Shown piece by piece: positions 26,344 through 39,610 of a stretch of 64,000 bases of DNA (the first letter of the stretch is position 1; each line of letters begins with the position of its first letter). The notes beneath the pieces were generated by a model. That model was not told the origin of the DNA and ran no database searches. It was given only the letters and a program-made list of their open reading frames with translations. Made by a program: the position numbers and the translations under genes. Source of the DNA: Pseudovirgaria hyperparasitica. Taxonomy: Eukaryota. The stretch lies in assembly GCA_010093815.1 (NCBI GenBank), contig ML996585.1; one strand, given 5' to 3'.

Positions 26344-27983
26344 TTACTTGAATAGCTCTATCGCATCAAAGATCTATAGTCTGTGTCAGCGAATGTGATT
26401 GTCTCATTGGACTCGATACTCACAATGTTCGGACTCAGGTACGTATCTCCATCACTCCCACTGACCACGTTGATAGTGATTGTGTTGCTGCCCGCCACAA
26501 GCGTACCACTCGGAATCGAAACGTCGTAAACCTCTCCGTACCCTCTGTAGGCACCCCGTGTCACCCCTCGGGAGTCAATCTTCGTGGGTGCTGCCGGTGC
26601 CGGCCCAGTCCACGAGTTGACGATTGCCTGCGGTCTAGCTCCAGCGAAGCTCAACGTCGTCCCGATCCTGAGTGTCGCCGCCCCGGTCTGCGCCGACGTG
26701 AGTGTAAACGCAATCTTCTGGCCGTTGTTCACGCTCTTCCACAATGCCATCGGAAATGCAGAGAGCGCCGACGAGCCCACAGTATACGTCCCTGGGCTCC
26801 AACTGCTCATCCGCGAGTCACTCGGATGCATCCGTAACTGATTCGCCGCGTTACGGAACCCGGTCGGCTGCCCGTCCCACGCACCGATCGTCCAGATTGT
26901 ATTCCTGCTCGTAGCCGTACTGGCAATATCCTTCGTCACCGTCGCACCGGCAGACACACTGACTGACGTGCTGGCCACCTTCAACTCCACCTGATACAGC
27001 ACCTGCGTATACGTTCCGGGCTTCATTGCCGGACTCGTAAATGCCCCTGAGCTCGCTGCCTTGACCCAGTACTGTGCATTCGCATTATACCAATGCACAA
27101 CCCTCTCGCCCGTCCCGGCGCCACTCACCGTCCCCTTTACGAACCCGCGCCCACTCGCGGCCACATAGCCTTTGATGCCCAGAGACGCGAAGAACGCCGT
27201 GTCCGAAACCTTCAGCGCCGCGGGAATCCCGGACCGCGAAAACGTAAGCGCGTACGGGCCGTGCAGGCCCATGCGATAGCTCTCCGTCTGCACATGTCCC
27301 GAGTTCATGTAGAACGTCAGACTGGTATACGCGCCCCCGTTGTTCGCGTCAATGTCCCTGAAGAACGGGCCGCCAGAGGAGCTCTCATACTGCGGCGTTA
27401 GGAAGCACGCATGGGCGTCGTTACCCTCCACGCAGTGCACGCCATCGTCGATGAAGCGCTGCGACGAGTAGAACTTGGAGCGCGTCTGGCCGGACACGCT
27501 GAAGATGTCGGAGCCCTCGATGGCGGTGCCGTCCTTGGTCGTGGAGGCGTCGCCAAACGGGTAGCTGGTTGGGTACACGGCGTTGTTGAGACGCGCAATG
27601 TAGCGCAGCTCGCCCACAGTGGGTTCTGCGGTGATGTACGTCGCCATCCACACGGTACTGCCGCCCGACTGGACGACATAGTAGTGCGTCAGCGTGGACG
27701 TCACGCATGTCACTTTGGCGTACTGGCTGTTGATGATTGTCGCCGACACGGTCGCGGTGCCGAGTCCGCTCCCGATGTGGCTTCCTGTGCTCTGGTACTG
27801 CACTTCGGTGCCGCGGTACTTGATGCTGGTGATGTCGCAGCTGGCGCGGCTGATGGTCACGACGAGGGGGTTTGCCGAGCCGGCGTCGATGACATAGGAC
27901 GCCGAGGACGTGGTGATGCCGAACGCGGCAGAGACGGTGGTTATGAATGCAAGAAGAGCGAGGAAGAGGAGTGAGACGAGCAT
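26344..27983 (-). CDS. rglA: Secreted rhamnogalacturonan lyase (polysaccharide lyase family 4)
   Basis: Signal peptide then AFGITTSS. Motifs [45 protein letters not shown] and [13 protein letters not shown] terminal intron 26374-26423 gives ..[13 protein letters not shown]. Confidence 0.93.
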
Positions 27984-28739
27984 CTTTGCGGCGGCACCAG
28001 AAGACGACGCTGGTGCTCAGGAGATGATCAAGCTGTGGTGAAAAGGCGTATAACCACGGCCTCGCAGATATTTTATATACCCAACACCCTCCCTCTCATC
28101 TCCGTCCCAGACGCACGATTTCCTCATCTCGGCACAACTCTCGTCCAGCTCGATAGCGTTTCATATCAGCAGCACACAGCACGCGCACCAACATCAACAA
28201 CACGCCTTCGGTGCACAATATTTCATCTCGGCACATCTCCCATCCAGCACATTGCGCGTCGCATCACGAGCACACCGCAGCACACCCTCCCCCGCATCCG
28301 TAAGCACCGCTCTCTATTGGCGGGATCTCACCCAGCGTCGCCCCTCGGGGTCCCCCTTATGCCCAAAACAGTACGACAGGAACGTGTCGGCAGCAGTCGC
28401 ACCACAGGCCCGTCGGTGCAGCCGGCCTGCCTGCAATCTCGTCATTGCCCCTTCATTATATACCTGCTTGTCTGGCTGGCTGGCGGGCTGGCTGGCTGGC
28501 TGGGTGAATGACCTGGGGTTGGGATTCCGAGTCAGATCGAAGGGCCCCGCATATGCATGCATGCACGCATGCACCCCAGATTATAGCGCCTCCGTGTTTC
28601 TGTGTCGTTTTCCCGGGCTCTGCTCCCCTGCCCTGTCCATGTCCATGCGCGTCCACGTCGTTCGGAAATACCCAAGCGTTTTGCTACCCTCCTCACACGT
28701 CATGTGTCCGTTTCTTATATACCATCATGCCGACGCCTC

Positions 28740-28744
<5 letters not shown>

Positions 28745-28774
<30 letters not shown>
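28745..28774. repeat. (TA)n microsatellite
   Basis: About 15 perfect TA units. Confidence 0.9.
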
Positions 28775-28776
<2 letters not shown>

Positions 28777-29519
28777 TCACGCTACGCCCCAAACATCATA
28801 ATGCCGTCCTTTCGTCGTCATATTAGACTGGTTATTTTTCCCCCCCAATCACTTACTCCCCCCCTTTCACGCCTTCTGACCCCTTCCCACTTAATTTCCC
28901 TTTTGCCTTGCAATCTCCCCTTTTTTTTCACCTTTTTCCTGATCTTCTCCCTTTCGAATCTTCCCCCCCAATATGTCCAAAGACGCCCTTCCTCCATCTT
29001 AACCCCCCGTAACCCCGGCCAAGACTCCACTCACTCATCAAGCATCACACCCCGCAGGTGCTAAAAGTCTCGGCACTTGCTATCCCGGAGGGCGCTCTTG
29101 CGTGTCCGGGGTTGATTGGGTTGGAAGACCGGGTTTGATTGGTGGGATTGGGATCGGGGTTTGACTGGTGGGAGGTGGGTTTAGTTGGGGCTTTGTGGGC
29201 GGGTAGTGTAGGTGTAGTCTATGGGCTAGGGCTAGGGCTAGGGGGGATTAGAGGGGGTTAGAGGGGACGAGGGGATAAGAGGGTAAGGGAATGGAGGGAG
29301 AGTTAGGACTAGGAGGGTAGGTGGATTTATGTTGGTGGTTGTGTGTTTACTTAGAGTAGTTATGTTTATAGTTATAGTATGTCGTTTATAGGATGTGAGA
29401 TTGGGTATGCTTTGAAGACGATGCGTGTAGTTATATAGAGTTTTGTCTATGCTTCTACCGCTGCATATTATATGTTACATGTTACATGTGTCCTTGTCTA
29501 TTCGTTTATCTTTCCTATC

Positions 29520-30095
29520 TTTTCTATCTTTAACCCTACTTATACTCTTATGATTTTTATCCTCTCTCTCTTATACTATTCTATCTCTACCTCTATTATA
29601 CTATTCTACTCTTACGTCTACCCTTACGTCTCCCTCCTACTATTCTACCCTTATCTCTCCCTTCTACTATTCTACCCTTATATCTACCTCTATTCTTACG
29701 TCTACCTCTATTTCTATGTCTACCTCTATCTCTATCTCTACTTCTATATCTATGTCTACGTCTATCTCTACCTCTATTCTATCTCTATCTCTACCTCTAT
29801 CTCTACCTCTACTCTATCTCTATCTCTATCTCTACTCTATCTCTACCTCTACTCTATCTCTATCTCTACTCTATCTCTACTCTATCTCTACTCTATTCTA
29901 TCTCTACCTCTATTCTTATTTCTTTCTTCTACTATTCTACTCTTATATCTATCTCTACTCTACTCTACTCTACTCTATCTCTACCTCTACTCTACTCTAC
30001 TCTATCTCTATCTTTATTTTATTCTACTCTACTCTATCTCTAATCTCTAATCCTCTATTCTCTTCTTACTAATTATTCTATATCTATCTCTCTCT
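29520..30095. repeat. Degenerate CTCTAT/CTCTAC/CTCTA simple-sequence tract
   Basis: Pyrimidine-rich plus strand, almost G-free from ~29765 to 30095. The ORFs over it (YLYL/ISIS) are artefacts. Confidence 0.85.
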
Positions 30096-30564
30096 AAAGA
30101 TATAAATATTTTATTAGATCTTATAAAGTATACCGTTCGTACTTTAAATACGTAAGTATATAAAATAAAATAAAATCATACTTTTCTTATTTGTAGTATC
30201 TAGAGCGGGAGAGAAGAGAGAAAAGACAAAGGGGGTCTTCGTTATATTATGTTTATTATAGCTACTTGTTATTGTTTAGTTTTTGGGTTATCATTTGGTT
30301 TTGGTTTTTGGTTTTGGTTTTGATTTCATGTAGATATAGACATATATACAAATACAGACACACACTCTATAACTCCACCTACCCAATTCCTACCCATTCT
30401 ATAAACACACCTACGGACAAAGTACCCTATAGTAAGTACATGGCAAGTATACTAGGACACAGCTACTAACTAACAAACATCTACCATCCACCATCACCAC
30501 GAAAACTAGTAGCAGAGTAATATAGTATATTCCGCATTCGCGAACGGGATCGGGAAGGGCTGCG

Positions 30565-30835
30565 CATGGTATGGTATATGGTATGGTATGCATGTAAGGG
30601 GTATGGTATGGTATATGGTATATGGTATATGGTATATGGTATATGGTATATGGTATATGGTATATGGTATGGTATGGTATGGTATGATATGGTATGGTAT
30701 GGTATGGTATGGTATGATATGGTATGGTATGGTATGGTATGGTGTGGTATGGTATGGTATGGTATGGTATATGATATGGTATAGCTGGATATGATATGAC
30801 TGGATATAGCTGGATATGATATGGTATGATATGGC
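30565..30835. repeat. (ATGGT)n / (ATATGGT)n tandem repeat
   Basis: Pentamer and heptamer variants in a continuous run. Confidence 0.9.
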
Positions 30836-31016
30836 TAGATGTGGGTGGACAGATGGATAGATGCATACATGCATACACGCACGAACGCGAACTCGGGAAA
30901 GGAAGATGGTACCCGTTTAACATACCTGTTTGACATGCCTATTTAACACGTACGCGTATGCGTGTGCGTATACGTGCATGTATACGTAGACCGTGGACCA
31001 TGTGCGTATACATAGC

Positions 31017-31112
31017 CGGACAGGACAGGGCAGGATAGGATAGGATAGGATAGGATAGGATAGGATATGATAGGATAGGATAGGATATAATAGAATAGGA
31101 TAGGATAGAATA
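31017..31112. repeat. (GGATA)n / (GGACA)n pentamer repeat
   Basis: Directly visible tandem units. Confidence 0.9.
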
Positions 31113-32033
31113 TTATATAACACGAATACTAACCCCCTAAAACCCTTCTAAGATAGAAGTGAATAGATAGATTACTAAAAGTAGCTAGTTACTTACTCTC
31201 TTACACACATACTCTCTCTCTCTCTCTATCCTTCCTTTAGTAACGTAAAGTAAAACTAAAAACGACTAGATTCTAGATAACGACGTTATTCTCCCTTTTC
31301 CCTTCTCCCTACCTTCCTCTCCCTTCATTTTACCTTCCTAGACTACTAAATGCCGAATTACTAAGTTCCAATTAGCAACTTGTATAAACTACCAACGACC
31401 AACGACCAATGGAACAAGAAGAAGAAGAAGAACAATTTTCACATTCCTTTTCCGCTTCCAAGACGGGGATGTTGAAAAGTAATCCAGAGAGATATACACA
31501 TGCAGCCAAGACGAGCCGTGCATGGCTATGCTACGACGTGATATAACATGACGTGAGTGACGACTGGATAGACATCTACTGCTCCCGTTCCGGTCTTTAT
31601 ACTATCCAGCTCCAGTACCAACTACCATCAACAATGATCAACAACAATCATCAGCATCAAACACAGTGACAAGCCCCAAGCAAGCTCTCCACAAGACTAC
31701 CCTGCGTCCTCTCTCTCTCGCCCTCCCTCTCCCCCACCCCATCCTCACACCCCATCTCAGCAGTCTCAGACCCTCTTCCACCACCACCACCACTCACACA
31801 TGCTTCGGCGTCTCTGCCAGCGTACATCATAGCGCGCTGCTCATGTGGCAGCAACATGAACGGAACCTATACGCGACCAAAAACGACGGAAGAAGTCAGT
31901 CTAGAGGACAAAAGAAAAGGGACGGACAGGAGGGGGAGGTCTATGATGAGGCAAAGGAAAGGAGAGGAGAAAGGAGGATTGGGGGCAGGGTTTGGGCTGG
32001 ATGGGATGGGATGGGATGGATGCATGGGATGGA

Positions 32034-33191
32034 TTAGTCACCGACGGTTTCGCCTGCTGCTGAGGGAGATGCTGCGGGTTTGGAGGATGTTGTGGTGGCG
32101 GCGTGGGTGGTTGCTGGTGGTTCTGTTGGGGTGGAGTTTGAGGGGTTGGCGGTGTCGTCGTCGTTTTCGGACTCTTCTTCTTCATCGTCGTCGTCGTCGT
32201 CGTCCTCATCTTCCTCGTCATCGTCTTCATCGTCCTTCTCGTCCTCATTCTTTGTTGTGGTCGCAGGTTTCTTCTCTTCGGACACGGGAGTGGACTTCTC
32301 CTCAGCCAAAACCTTCTGATCCTTTCGTATGACGGTCGTCTCCTTTTCCTCGTCACCAGACTCTTCGTCGTTTTCATCCTCTTCCCCATCCTCGTCATCA
32401 TCCTCTTCCTCACCATCATCCTCGTCCTTATCCCCCTTCCCCCCCTCCACCACCCCCCCAGCATCCCTCGCCGCGATCCTCGCCTCCCTAACATCCGCCG
32501 GCGGCACCTTCGGCCTCGACCGATCAATCCCACCACTCAACCTAACATCCTTCAACCCCGCCCCCTTATCCCCACCCTTCAACTCCCGCCCCTTGGCCGC
32601 AGCCTCCTGGACCATCTGCCTCATTGCCATCGTCTGCGGCGGTCCCGACGCCACCTTCGGACTCTCATTCTCCGTCTTCTGCCGCGCATTCGTCGGGATC
32701 GACACCGGCGCCTCGGCAAGTGCTGCCTTGGCCGCCGGAGCAGGTGCAGACGCAGGCACAGACGCAGCACCACCAAGCGGAGCCAGATTCTCAAGTAACT
32801 CGCCAAACTCATTCCACTCCTCAATCTGCTCGAGGTCCTATCATTCATCACACATATTAGCCTCTACATCTACCTCTACCTCTACCTCTACCCCTCCCCT
32901 CCCCTCCCCCCCTATAAGAAACCAAAAAAAAGGAAAAAAACTCACACCAACAAGAAACCCCTCCCTCACAAGCCCAGGAAACCTCTTCCCACGCGCCCGC
33001 CGGCTCCACAGACTGCGCATGCGCTCATCCGTCGCAGTATCCACGCCCGTAAAGGGGATCTTGTTGGCGCGTAGGATGGTCTCCATGCGGCTTGTGGCGG
33101 AGACGATGTGTGAGTTGCCTGCCGTGAGGGAGGTGACGAGGTAGAGGGTTGGGTCGGTGTCGTAGATGCGGAGGTCGGGGAGGAGGGACAT
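32034..33191 (-). CDS. SH3BGR/glutaredoxin-like thioredoxin-fold protein with a long acidic tail
   Basis: DPTLYLVTSLTAGNSHIVSATSRMETILRANKIPF..D.ATDE..LW.RR..PGLVREGFLVG | intron 32838-32945 | DLEQIEEWNEFGEL, then an Ala/Pro and poly-D/E tail. Confidence 0.8.
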
Positions 33192-34561
33192 TTTTCGTGG
33201 GCGTTGTTTACGGGGCTGAGATGGAATGGGGGGTGTAAGTTGTGTTGGTCTTGGTTGTTGGGTAGGATGGTGTAAGTGATTGTGTGGAGAATGGGTGGAG
33301 GGTGGAGAGATAGATGTGTTGTGAGGATGATGGACTTCTGGTTGGGGATACACGATAATACTGACTGGACGCGCCGAGTGACGTGGGCGGGGTACTCGAG
33401 TCGACTCGACAGACACAGACACAGACACCTCAGGCACCAAACAGTACATCCATCCCCTCCATCCACTACATTCCCCAAACACACATACACACACACACCT
33501 CCCCTCCCCTCAACAGCTCCATCAACGCAAGACCTTCTCGAAAAGTAACACAGCAGATGACGTGCATAGTTTGTTCGACCCGTTTTCCCCGGCGAGCCTG
33601 CAGAAGCAGACGGGGGCGGAGGGGAGGGGGGGTAAGCAATGAGGCTGAAACGAACAAACAAACAAACACCTATCCCTTTTGGGGGGGGCATGAATATCGG
33701 TTGCGCATGCAGGCAGGCATGCATGCACGAACAAACAAACACGACATTCAATGTATTCAACACACAAATAACTGTTTGATGCCCTTCTGGGAGGTATGGA
33801 TGGATATACGTACATATGTACATATGCAATGGTATTAATAGTATTGTATTAAAAATAACGATTGTGTTTGCTTCTTTGCTTCTAGACGATACATGTGTGT
33901 ATATATATACTCTACTATGTCAAGGTTGGGGGGCGTAGGGCCAACAACGCCATGTAAAGTCCTGTCTCAGCGAAATGAAATGGGATTGTAGTGGTATTAA
34001 CAGAGATATTGTGGTTTCTTTTAAACTTCTAGAAGATACGTACGTATGTACCGTGTGGGGCGAGGCAACAATCATTCATGTCGCTGACTGAGTCGTGCCG
34101 TGCGGTCCGAGCCTCGATCGGATGATGCACTCGCGGAAACTGTATTGCGGGAGCGGAGCATCTGCCCGCTTTCATCATTGTGCGACAACGTTCGCGGCCA
34201 GAGTGTGGATGCTCAAAAGCACTTTGGTGAGGCGAAAGTGGGGGTAAGGAACATTTGGAATAACTCCCTTGTACCACGCATATCAAGTGTCTGCCATTCA
34301 TTCAATCTGAGACCTGAGGAGATAGTGTGTGGTTGGCCAGGGATGTCCCGGCTTCTTTGTTGATGCGGTCCAGTGCGTGTCGAGGGTGAGTGTCTTGGCG
34401 GGGTCGGTGGTTGTACGAGCGGGTGTCTCTCTCTCTCAATCTGTGTGAGAGATGAGCGATTGGATGGCGGTGAAAACGGTGTCAGGTGGATCAAGGACGA
34501 TAGGCGTCTCTTCTTCTGCCTGCAGAGTGTCACGAAGTCGTGTAAAACTCTGGGACCAGAA

Positions 34562-36145
34562 CTATGCAGAGTCAACGTCGCAGCCGCCCGGCTTGCCGAT
34601 GAGCACGTTGCTGAGTGCGTCGAGAACTTCAAACTCCTCGAGAACGGCGCCGAAGCTAGTTTGTGCTTAGCTGTTGTGCTGTGATGATGTCTACATGTGC
34701 GTCAAGAAGGCCAGCTTCACTTACCCGTAGCAGTGGACCTTTGCAAGTAGCTCCTCCTTGACCTGGACAAAGTCTGCCTTGTTGAGGTCCCTGAGCCGGT
34801 CATGCTTCAAGATCATGACCCAAGCCATCATGGGCGTGAGCTCGCCCTCGAGGTGGAACTGATGGCTCAGGTCAAGCAGCCCCTTGAGCAGGTCCGAGAG
34901 AACGATGCCCTCGGGCAGCTGGAGCGGATATGGCTCCGTGGGCTTGTCGCGGATGTGGGCGGCAGGAGGACACGAGGCCATGAGAGCGTGGCCAGAGATG
35001 TCTTCGTCGGCTCCAGTCGCTGAATGGACGTGAAGCATCTGCATGTGATCCATGCATGGTCGTTCGAGGCTGCGCAAAGGACGTCAGCCGATATGTGCTC
35101 AGCATGTTTTTTTTTTAAATATGTGAGGCGAGCGAGGAGGGATCAAGCCTTCCCACGGCGAAGCGTACACTTCACTGGGGTGGAGGCGATGGGTATGGTG
35201 GGTGGGCTTGGCCATCGTACGTTAAAACAAAATCCATGCCAATCTCATCATAGTTGAGTGCTGCTCCACCGTGCTCGCTCATCTGGCCGTGGTTTGGATG
35301 GTGTCGCGGTGGAATGGGCAAGTTGTGAGCCGGATGAGTGTCTGGGTGTCGTGGAGGCGAGGTGAAACCTGTGGATGACGAGTTCGGAGCGTAGCCGGTA
35401 GAGGCGCTGCCAGAGGTGCTTGGTGTATAGCTTGTCGTATTGTTAAAGGCTGGAGGTGTAGTAGTCATGTCGACATGCACACCATGCTGGGCAAGTAGCG
35501 CTCTCAGGCGTCGGTTCTCCTCTATGGCGGCATCACGTTCGCGGTTGTTGGAGGCCATGGCATCGCGTAACCGAACAACCTCTTGCTCGAGCTGCTTGAT
35601 GTACATCTCCTTGCGTTCACGGTGCGTTCTGACGGAGAAATCAGGCGACTGGACAGAAGCACGCTGGATAGCAGATGGAATACATACCGCTGAGCCTGTC
35701 GATTTAGTTCCTGACGCCTGGTCAAAGCAGGCTTGGAGTCTGGCTTTGGCCCTCTCCTCTTCGCAGGTTGGCCATCTAAGTCTGGATTAGTAAAGGTGAT
35801 CTATCAGGATGCAGGTGCAGACGTCTGACCTCGAGTCGTCTTCTTTTCGCCGGTAAGATTTTTGAAGAACCCAAAGGTTGCTAGCGGACTTCTTGAGCTG
35901 TTTGATTCGGAAGCTGTTGAGGTCCAACGCCCTACAGGCTCACAACCCCGACCGGCACCAACCATGCTGTCCCGCCGAGTCAGGTGACCAAGACTACTCT
36001 CCGGAGGAATGAAGCGCTGGTACAGCTGGGACGGCGGGACTTGTGGTGGTGGCGGGTTCAAGGGCGTGAGCAGGGGCGAAAAGGTCAGCCCATCATGCCA
36101 ATCAATGTTGAGAGGAGCAAAATTCAAGTTCGAATGGAAAGACAT
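34562..36145 (-). CDS. meaB: bZIP transcription factor MeaB
   Basis: Introns 35776-35829, ~35629-35686, 35070-35220 and 34656-34724. Basic region KRRGPKPDSKPALTRRQELNRQAQRTHRERKE. C-terminal motifs LERPCMDHMQ, ISGHALMASCPP and KVHCYGFGAVLEEFEV, as recalled for MeaB orthologues. Confidence 0.85.
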
Positions 36146-36689
36146 GGTTCGTAGAGGCAAGTGGATTGGGGGAAGGGGGAAGCAAGGGACAAGGCGGGAG
36201 GCATGTAATGGGAGCAGTAGTGGAGAGGTTACAAGACAGTGCAGTAAGGGGGAGGAGAGCAGCAGATAAAGAAGTGGTGAAGCATGGGTATGTGTATAGA
36301 GGGAGAGTATAGGGCAGCGGATAGCAGGACGAGAAGGAGACACAGAAAGCGGTAGATTGAACTGATTGTACGAGGGCCAGTGTCAGAGAGGCATGGTGCC
36401 GAGAGCCAAAGCGGTAGGATGCTTGGGCTGGACTGGAGCGATAGCTGAATGCTGATGGACGAGTAGCAGAAAGATGGAGAGCTGGAGAGCTGGATGTGAG
36501 GGAGTAGGACAAGACAGGAGGGCAGAGTGATGGCCTGCGCATGTTTGGGTACACGGTGTAGTGCAGGTGGCGTGTGCGCGCGAAGAAGTGGAAGTGATGT
36601 ACAGAAGGCGAGGAGGGATTACTTTTCCTGGAGCAGCAATCGATTGTACGACAAGGGAGGCAAGCAAAGCAAGAGGAAGAAGAATAAGA

Positions 36690-36692
<3 letters not shown>

Positions 36693-36721
<29 letters not shown>
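36693..36721. repeat. (GA)n microsatellite
   Basis: About 14 perfect GA units. Confidence 0.9.
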
Positions 36722-36726
<5 letters not shown>

Positions 36727-36736
36727 CTCGACGTAC

Positions 36737-36866
36737 CATGTCCATTGTCGTGGTCGTAGCTGGCCTGAGCCATGTTGGTATCAACAGGCTCCATGGATTC
36801 AACGACGTGATGATGGTGCTGATGATGATGATGAGGGTGGTGGTGGATTGGAGAAAGGGTGGTCAT
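36737..36866 (-). CDS. Putative alternative (distal) first coding exon of meaB, His-rich
   Basis: ATG at 36866, reading MTTLSPIHHHPHHHHQHHHH..DNGH, ending at the phase-1 donor G|GTACGT (36736). This phase is compatible with the phase-1 acceptor at 35776. Confidence 0.5.
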
Positions 36867-39610
36867 GTTAGGCGAGATGCATTGGTTGGATGGATGGTGA
36901 AGAGGTAAAGGGTGGACAATGACTATAGAGTGTAGTGATGATTGCGTAGGGCTGTGTCAGGAAGAAAAGGTGTGTATAAGAGGCGTGAGACAGAGCAGAG
37001 GTGGAATGATGTGATTGATGAAAGGAGAGGCAGCAGTGGTGATGGTGTATATGTGTGTATGTAGGGCGGGCGTGTGTGTGTATATGTGTGTATGTAAGTA
37101 TGTGATGTAGTGTGTATGTAGTGTGTAATAGTGAGAGAGTAAGGTAGGGAGCAGTAGAAGCGAGTGAGGATGGACGATGGAGTGTGTGATATTTCCACCA
37201 CGACGTCGCCCCGGAGGTCGGCAGGCGATGAGCGGCTAAGCCGAAAGAGGCAGACTTTGTGAATTCTGGATTTGTTCTCTCTCAAGGTCGATCTCGGGAG
37301 GTCGGGAGTAAAGGTGCGAGAGGCTGTGGGTGGTCAATGTGGTGATGGGTGCTGATGCTGGTAATTAGTGGGAGTGGCTGTTGTGGGAGTCAAAGTGGTA
37401 ATACTGTAGTGGTAGCGGTCATGGTTAGGGGGGTGAGGGAAGAGTGGGGCGGCGGCGCAGTGGGAGTGGGAGTGGTAATAGTGGTAATAGTGGGAATGAG
37501 GCGCTCTAGACTTTTGCCCGCTTACTCTCTCCCTCTCTCTCGCCAGGGGGGCCAGCAGAGTGGCATGATTGAAAGTTCGACTTACCTCCTGTTTTGTTTT
37601 AATTAATTGTCTAATTGTGATGATCGATATGGATGCTAATGCTGTTGTCCATGTTGCTGTTGAGGTTGGTGCTAGGTAGTGCTGGATGATCTATCGGATT
37701 AGTGATTCGGACTGAGTTAACGACAAGCGGGCCCCCTCCAGGGATGTTCAATAAATACTGTTTGTAGGCAGAGAATGAACAAGACCTGCTGCCCATTGGA
37801 TAATTAGTTGACAGAGGGCTCGATCGTTGCAGGTACTGGACCGACGATACGTACGGTAGGCTTGTTGATAGCTGTGGTCAACACTCCAGGCCAAGGGTGC
37901 TTTTCTTGGCTTTGCTATACTTGACTTGCTTGCTTGCCTCGCTCGCGTCTCAGCAAACGGTCCAGGTTAGTTCGTCTCGTAGAAGTATTTGAAATTCTGT
38001 AACATCCGAGCGTGAGGAACGAAGAAAGAGAGTAGACTAGTTGGCGGATTTGTGCTGGCGCGGCTGATCTGGGAGCTAAAAGACGGGGGATTGTCCCTTT
38101 GTCCAGTCGTGTGTGCTTTTGATGAGAAGCTGTGAGAGCCCTGCGAGCCCTGTAGGAGGCCCTGTGCCGCACCTGTCACGCACCAGCTGCTCGGGTTCTG
38201 CCGCTAACTTGGCGTCTGTGTGTAGTTGTATAGGTATAGTAGGTTATGGTATGTGGGATGCTGGCGACAACAACATATCAATTGTTTGCGTGACTATTGT
38301 TGTTGTTGTGGATGTGATTGTGGATAATGGTATGGTGGTAATTAGCGGTGTTTGTCGCCCAGGGTTTCGCGCCTGGGCCTGCTTAAACGGGTGCGCAGAG
38401 TCAGGTACAGCTACGGGTACAGGCTATCCCGACCCTAAGCCACCTCGTCTATTCTGTAGTCTGTACAGTGATAATTAATAGTCTATACAATGTAGACGCC
38501 AGTGCTGTCAATTACTGATGTTCACAGGATTGTGAAGACTGAACGACGACGACGACGATGATTGTAATAATGACAATAATGATTCAGGAATCAGGACTTG
38601 CTTTATTAGTCTGATACGAGCGAAGAGTGGAGTGATGGCGCAAGTGATTGGATGGGAGATGCTCTGGGAGTCTCGTCTTTTCTGCGTGCGGAGAGAGCGT
38701 GGACGACGGTTCGCGGTTCGCGGTTCACGGTTCACGGGAAATGGTAACAGAAAACGGTAGACGTTAGACCACCCTGTCTAGTCACTCCACTATACGGGAA
38801 ACGATAATTATGTCGGCGTCGGCGTCGGCAGGCATTATCTTGGTACAGACATGACATGGACGGTATTATAGAGTACTACTAGGTAGCGTCCAACACCTCA
38901 ACTATAGAGAGGCCTGCACCGAGCAAGGTATAATTATATTATGCCATGTATGTATGTCTACGCTCTTTGTGCAAATCTCGACCGATCACTCATACTCTTG
39001 ATCCTTGCATCTTGACCTGAGAAACGGCCGTAAAGTAATTACAACACAAGCATACTTCACTCTTTCTATGCAGAGCCAACAACAGCCTGCATCACGACGT
39101 CAACCTGCTGCGGATAAAGAACCAGGCCAGGATGATGCCACCCACTGCCCAGCATTGCTGCAGGCCAGAGGTCGCCGACCACCTATATCTGACGTTAATT
39201 CGCCAGTCGACAAGTAATCAGAACGAGACCCTGCGGATCATGCATCCATCTATCCATCTATCCATCTATCGTTGACCAGATGCTGCCGACTACTGCACGT
39301 TCCCTTCTCCCCGTTGGGCTGACTCTGTGCCTGAGGCATCCACATCTCATCTCTCACTGCGCTATTCCACATCGGCTCTAGTCCTCCATATCCCATTCCT
39401 GTGACATTATCTCTCACACACACACACACACACAACCTCACCATCACAACAACCACCACCACCCAAAAGCCATCACCGTCGCTGTCTTCACACTCAACTC
39501 TCTTCATTCCCTCCTCTATACCTCTCTATCGCTCTCGTCTTCATGTGTCGACCTTCTCGCTCTCTCCACTACCGCTGCCACTCTGCTCTTCTAGACACGC
39601 CTCGTCCTGT

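Noticed and set aside
28818..29110. Minus-strand frame with two stops (RKSALRDSKCRDF*HLRGVMLDE*VESWPG..) suggesting a pseudogene
   Set aside because: No recognisable family, and it lies in compositionally skewed sequence.
29223..29245. (CTAGGG)x3 telomere-like repeat, with G-rich sequence vaguely like the 53-bp unit nearby
   Set aside because: Too short, not TTAGGG, and no 53-bp periodicity could be established.
29472..31123. ORFs with YLYL, ISIS, IPYH and MVWYG repeats
   Set aside because: Translations of microsatellites.
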